Both the position numbers and the translations under genes were made by a program. From the NCBI GenBank assembly GCA_030141605.1, contig JAQGDQ010000502.1, positions 62,001 through 126,000 of the forward strand: a stretch of 64,000 nt of DNA, given 5' to 3'. The notes under the pieces are model-generated. The model saw nothing but the letters and a program-made list of their open reading frames with translations, made no database searches and was not told where the DNA came from. The DNA comes from Tubiluchus corallicola. Its lineage: Eukaryota; Animalia; Priapulida. Below are positions 60,401 through 64,000 of the stretch, piece after piece. Position 1 is the stretch's first letter; each line of letters starts with the position of its first letter.

Positions 60401-63400
60401 ATAATTTTGCATATCTTTTTTTAAGTAATTGAATCCATCAGCCGTGGGAGGTTTTCTCTGCTGTATCTCTGTTTCTGCAGTAACCTACTGAAAATGGTCT
60501 TATGGAATAATGGATTTTGGGGTGAAGAGAAAGCCTGCCGAGCGGTCATGAGTGTGTGTTCTGTGGCTGAGACTGGTCAGCAAATGTCTTGTAACTGCCT
60601 GTGTTCACTACTCTTTCTAAACAGTTTTGCCATACTGATCCAGACTGTTTACTTCTTTGTGGAAGGATACATTCAAACAAGAAAAATATACACTGGCTGG
60701 TTCAATGGCTCATATTAAAGGGTTAACTTGAAAATTTGGCAGCTGTAGAATAAGCCTTAGTGATTATTGAAATTTGTGGCACTGCATCCAGCAATGCTCA
60801 TTATCGGCATAATGTACTAGTCTATAATTTATTGTGCTGAGGACGGTACTGTAGGCTGTAGACTGTAGATACCATGCTCATTTGTTTGTAAAGTTTTGTA
60901 AATCATATTAAAGTTTAGCAGTCCTTCTGTAAGTCGAAGGTTAAGTGTACTACGTCTCAACTACAAGCGTAATGTAACATGTGGGTAAGACAAAGCAGTC
61001 TGCCACATCAGTTCTGTAACTTCAGTTGTTTTACATTACTTAATCATGCATTAATCTGTGCATAGAGTGATTTACTGACAGGATCTTGCTTAGGAACAAG
61101 AAAAAATGAACTAGGTAAGGTTCTAGCTAGCTGTTAAAACTGTTACTATTATAATAGCCTGGGCTGCGAGGCGTTGTCAAGTGTGCACAAATGCATCGTC
61201 TGGTACACTTAACCTTTGACCTTTTCACGATCATCATCAATTGCTGAAACTGTGAAAAGGCTTATTCTTATTTAGAATGTGACGGAGAGCAGTGCTGACA
61301 CCTGTTAATTGTGACACAAATTATCTAACCTTTTTCGAATTACCGTTGATTACTTCGGAACTTAATTGCAAATGTCGATTTCACCATCTTGTTTTTGAAA
61401 ACTTACAGTTTCTCCCTGACCTTGATCGACGCTCTGGACACTTTAGCAATCATGGGTAACGAATCCGAATTCAGACGAGTCGCCAACTTGCTGATCGATC
61501 GAGCAAACTTTGACATTGATGTCAATGTGTCCGTGTTTGAAACAAATATTCGCGGTAAGAAGGTCCTTACCTAATTTTCTTAAATTTTCTTAAGTTTCTT
61601 AAATTTAGATAGCAGGAACATCAAATAGGACTAGCTGTAAGTCCACCACCACAGCTGTGGTCCTGGCTTTTGCTGAGTGTATAGTGTTTGTTTGTAAAAG
61701 AAGCCAGTTTGGGCAGTTTATAATCATTTGTTTATTTGTTGCCTTTAAACAGTTGTTGGAGGACTTCTTTCTGCCCATTTGCTGTCAAGAAGGATGGGAA
61801 TGGAATTAGAGCCTGGATGGCCTTGCTCTGGTCCTCTTTTGCGGCTTGCGGAGAATGTGGCACGTCGTCCATTTCCTGGTAAGATGATGACGTTTTTAGT
61901 TTGTTCTGCTGTGCTGAAAATTCTTTAATATTATGATTTATCTTTGCAGATTTGGATTTGATTTCGAATGATTTGCATAATCAGACATTTCGTGATTGTT
62001 TTAAATTTTGTTAGCCTTCGACACATTGACAAAAATGCCCTATGGTACCATTAACTTGCGTCGCGGAGTGCCAAAAGACGAAACCAGTGTAACCTGCATA
62101 GCTGGTGTTGCCACCTACATTGTCGAATTTGGAACGCTAACTCGGCTAACCGGAGATCCGCTCTTCGAAGCCACGGCACGGAAAGCACTGGAATCTTTGT
62201 GGAAACGTCGATCGAAAGTCGGATTGGTAAGTGTTTGTGTATTTGATTTAGTGTGTTCACTCATAGTTTGTTTTGTTTCATATTTTTGCAGCCCTGTAAA
62301 GAATTTTACGTTAGACTGTAGATTTGCAATAACTTTCTTTATTCTGGGCCTAGATTATGCTCTTTACGGGCTCCCAGGCTAATGAAATTATGGGCCTCCC
62401 TCAGACTGAGCCACTTTTTAAATTACTCGTTTAACTAACTCGCATCCATCGTGAATATTTTTTATTCCTGATACATTTTAGCGACTTTGAAGTAAGCGTA
62501 TTGTAAATTCTTTAAATAAACTAGAATAGCTATCTCTTGTTTGTCAATAAAAAATGTTCTTTAAAGCAAAACCGGACCTAATCTTAAACTGCAGGTGAAA
62601 ACAATCTGCTTTTTTAAATATTGAAAGGAAACTATTTTTTCAAAAATGACTTACGTGAAAGAATTATTACCACACAAACACAATTTCACTGTGTTTCTTT
62701 GCTGTTACATGCATTTTGCCATTCGCTAGTTAGACGGGCACTAGCGCCTGCATTTCGGAAATGCATTACACAAAAACAGGTGTTGTACCTCTCAATTCAG
62801 ATGTGCTAGTTTCTGATGAGCCACGCACATTCAACAGGTCATGCGTGAGCACCGCAGTAAATTCGAAATTTTATCTTAAAACTTGCCTAGTTTAGTAGAA
62901 TGCTTGAATATCTTACAGTAGCACTGTATTTCAATATTCGCTTTTACAAACGCGTGCAGCATGCTCGTAGAATATTTTTGCTGCTGAAAATAATGTTAGT
63001 TTGTTAAGTTATTAATAGTTGGGCTCGCCTGCCTTCAATTAAGTTTTTAATCTATTATTTACTTATCAGAAACGCTTTTGCAGTATTAATCGTGTTAAAA
63101 TGTATGCTTTTTATTGGACTTGAAAATTGGGTAGTATGTGAAAAATCATCCTGTCTTCCTTTAAGAAATACCATTATTTTACTATTTATTGCAGGCCAAA
63201 TTAGCACCTATTTCAACACAACTGTAGTGAAAGAACAGTTTTTTACCAAATGTTATCAACACTTGCGGGACTCCAGCTTGAGATGCCTTTGGCTGCAGCC
63301 TTTGCTAGCCTACAAGATAATCCGGCCCTGCCTTTACGGCATTCCAGTCTAATTGAGCTGTTGAGAAACTAATTCCTTGCATTGTAAATTTTACTGCAAG

Positions 63401-63600
63401 AAAGTAAATTAATTGTGCTTGAATTCATTTTGATAAATGTGTGCTATTGTACTGTCAGGTGGGCAATCACATTGATGTTCAGACGGGAGAGTGGACGGCA
63501 ATGGATGCTGGAATCGGAGCCGGTGTCGACTCATACTTTGAGTATCTAGTCAAAGGCGCCATCTTGTTTCAACAACAAGAACTAATGGACATGTTTAATG
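54468..63600 (+). CDS. EDEM2: ER degradation-enhancing alpha-mannosidase-like protein 2 (GH47), 5' part; exons 54468-54589, 60279-60389, 61409-61554, 61753-61878, 62015-62226, 63459-63600; continues past the window
   Basis: Signal-peptide exon ending DLATYR, followed by [80 protein letters not shown] and [16 protein letters not shown]. Splice phases are consistent. Confidence 0.93.
55366..58661 (-). CDS. LINE ORF2 (PHD finger, AP endonuclease, reverse transcriptase), split by one frameshift near 57282-57285
   Basis: PHD C..C..C..C..WVH..C..C..C. APE motifs IGISET, GVIYRHP, ICGDIN, TLIDHI and SDHLP. RT motifs [27 protein letters not shown] and KYLGI. Confidence 0.9.
58718..59662 (-). CDS. LINE ORF1 (coiled coil plus RRM-like domain)
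   Basis: Heptad-rich middle, then [32 protein letters not shown] and IYINESLT. First ATG at 59662 (the ORF track starts at a TTG, 59674). Confidence 0.85.
   Translation of the reverse strand: MPKRVGVLTRQASKTSEDLCLNRVEKNPRVISQQTEQLMPTQQGDREMSACNTAEITLDSASNLAGQVQPTSDIQKFVEGFQKQLTFISSKVVRIDDLMGELAEVTKSQDFLSHKFDGFQEQMNKYQQDMEHLRDENKVLKTTVKTLQNRIKTTESELDKLEQYERKDTLEIAGIPVIPHEVTNDIVLSVARNMGVEVHPQDISTSHRLAAPKNGGPPRIIVKFARRDKRDELYGARRNAGSTKNLDYASYTDNRIYINESLTSTRRKLHKQCRDYAKDHKMKYCWTKYRKMFLRRDDSSQVIEIQCEEDLGKL
62344..63330. mobile_element. Probable decayed hAT-like non-autonomous element in EDEM2 intron 5
   Basis: The ends CTGGGCCTAGATTAT and ATAATCCGGCCCTG form imperfect inverted repeats with GGCC/AGCCT subterminal motifs. 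The TSD is not clean. Confidence 0.45.
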
Positions 63601-64000
63601 GTGTGTAGTTTCACGGATTGTATTGTCAATGCAAAGTTATAACCATGTGTTCTGCATGAGAATGTTTTTTATCTCTTTGGCATTCCACAAACCCAAATCT
63701 TTCACTCGATAGCAAAGCCTGGGCAATCTAGAATACCGTGGATACACGTGAGCCTCTTCACCAAACTGACATCAAGTGACAACAAGTGCCAGTTTACAAG
63801 ATCAAAAACGTATTTTTTTCACTTTTTACACATAACTTTCTTTTTTCAACCAGTCAACAGTCCTTTCACTGTCTATTCATCTTTTGTTACACTTTTAGCT
63901 ACAACAGCTCTGTGACACACAATCGAACTTTTCTTAATTTGTCTACACTGATCTCACTTATATCTAGAGGAGCTTGGTGCGATCGGAAAAAGTCTGGTTT

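Overview
AT-rich animal (invertebrate-type) genomic DNA with spliceosomal genes and many transposons. Host genes: the 5' exons of MRPL18 (-), an intronless TMX3 (-), a six-exon Rac/Mtl-like Rho GTPase (+, 9472-32086), a small orphan single-pass membrane protein (-), TMEM41B/Stasimon (-, with its U12 intron) and the 5' half of EDEM2 (+). The last two are head-to-head with only 50 bp between their ATGs. Two young BEL/Pao LTR retrotransposons sit in introns of the GTPase gene, a full-length CR1/L2-group LINE sits in EDEM2 intron 1, and there are deleted hAT, Tc1 and pogo elements and MITEs. The standout is the first BEL/Pao element (16392-23699: 286-bp LTRs with one mismatch, GCTAG target-site duplication). 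Its Gag carries, in frame, a complete intronless glycogenin (GT8) catalytic domain with the DxD, metal-binding His and autoglucosylation Tyr preserved. It is therefore a retrotransposon that captured a self-glucosylating glycogen-priming enzyme inside its capsid polyprotein. All calls come from reading the sequence and recalled family motifs; no searches were run.
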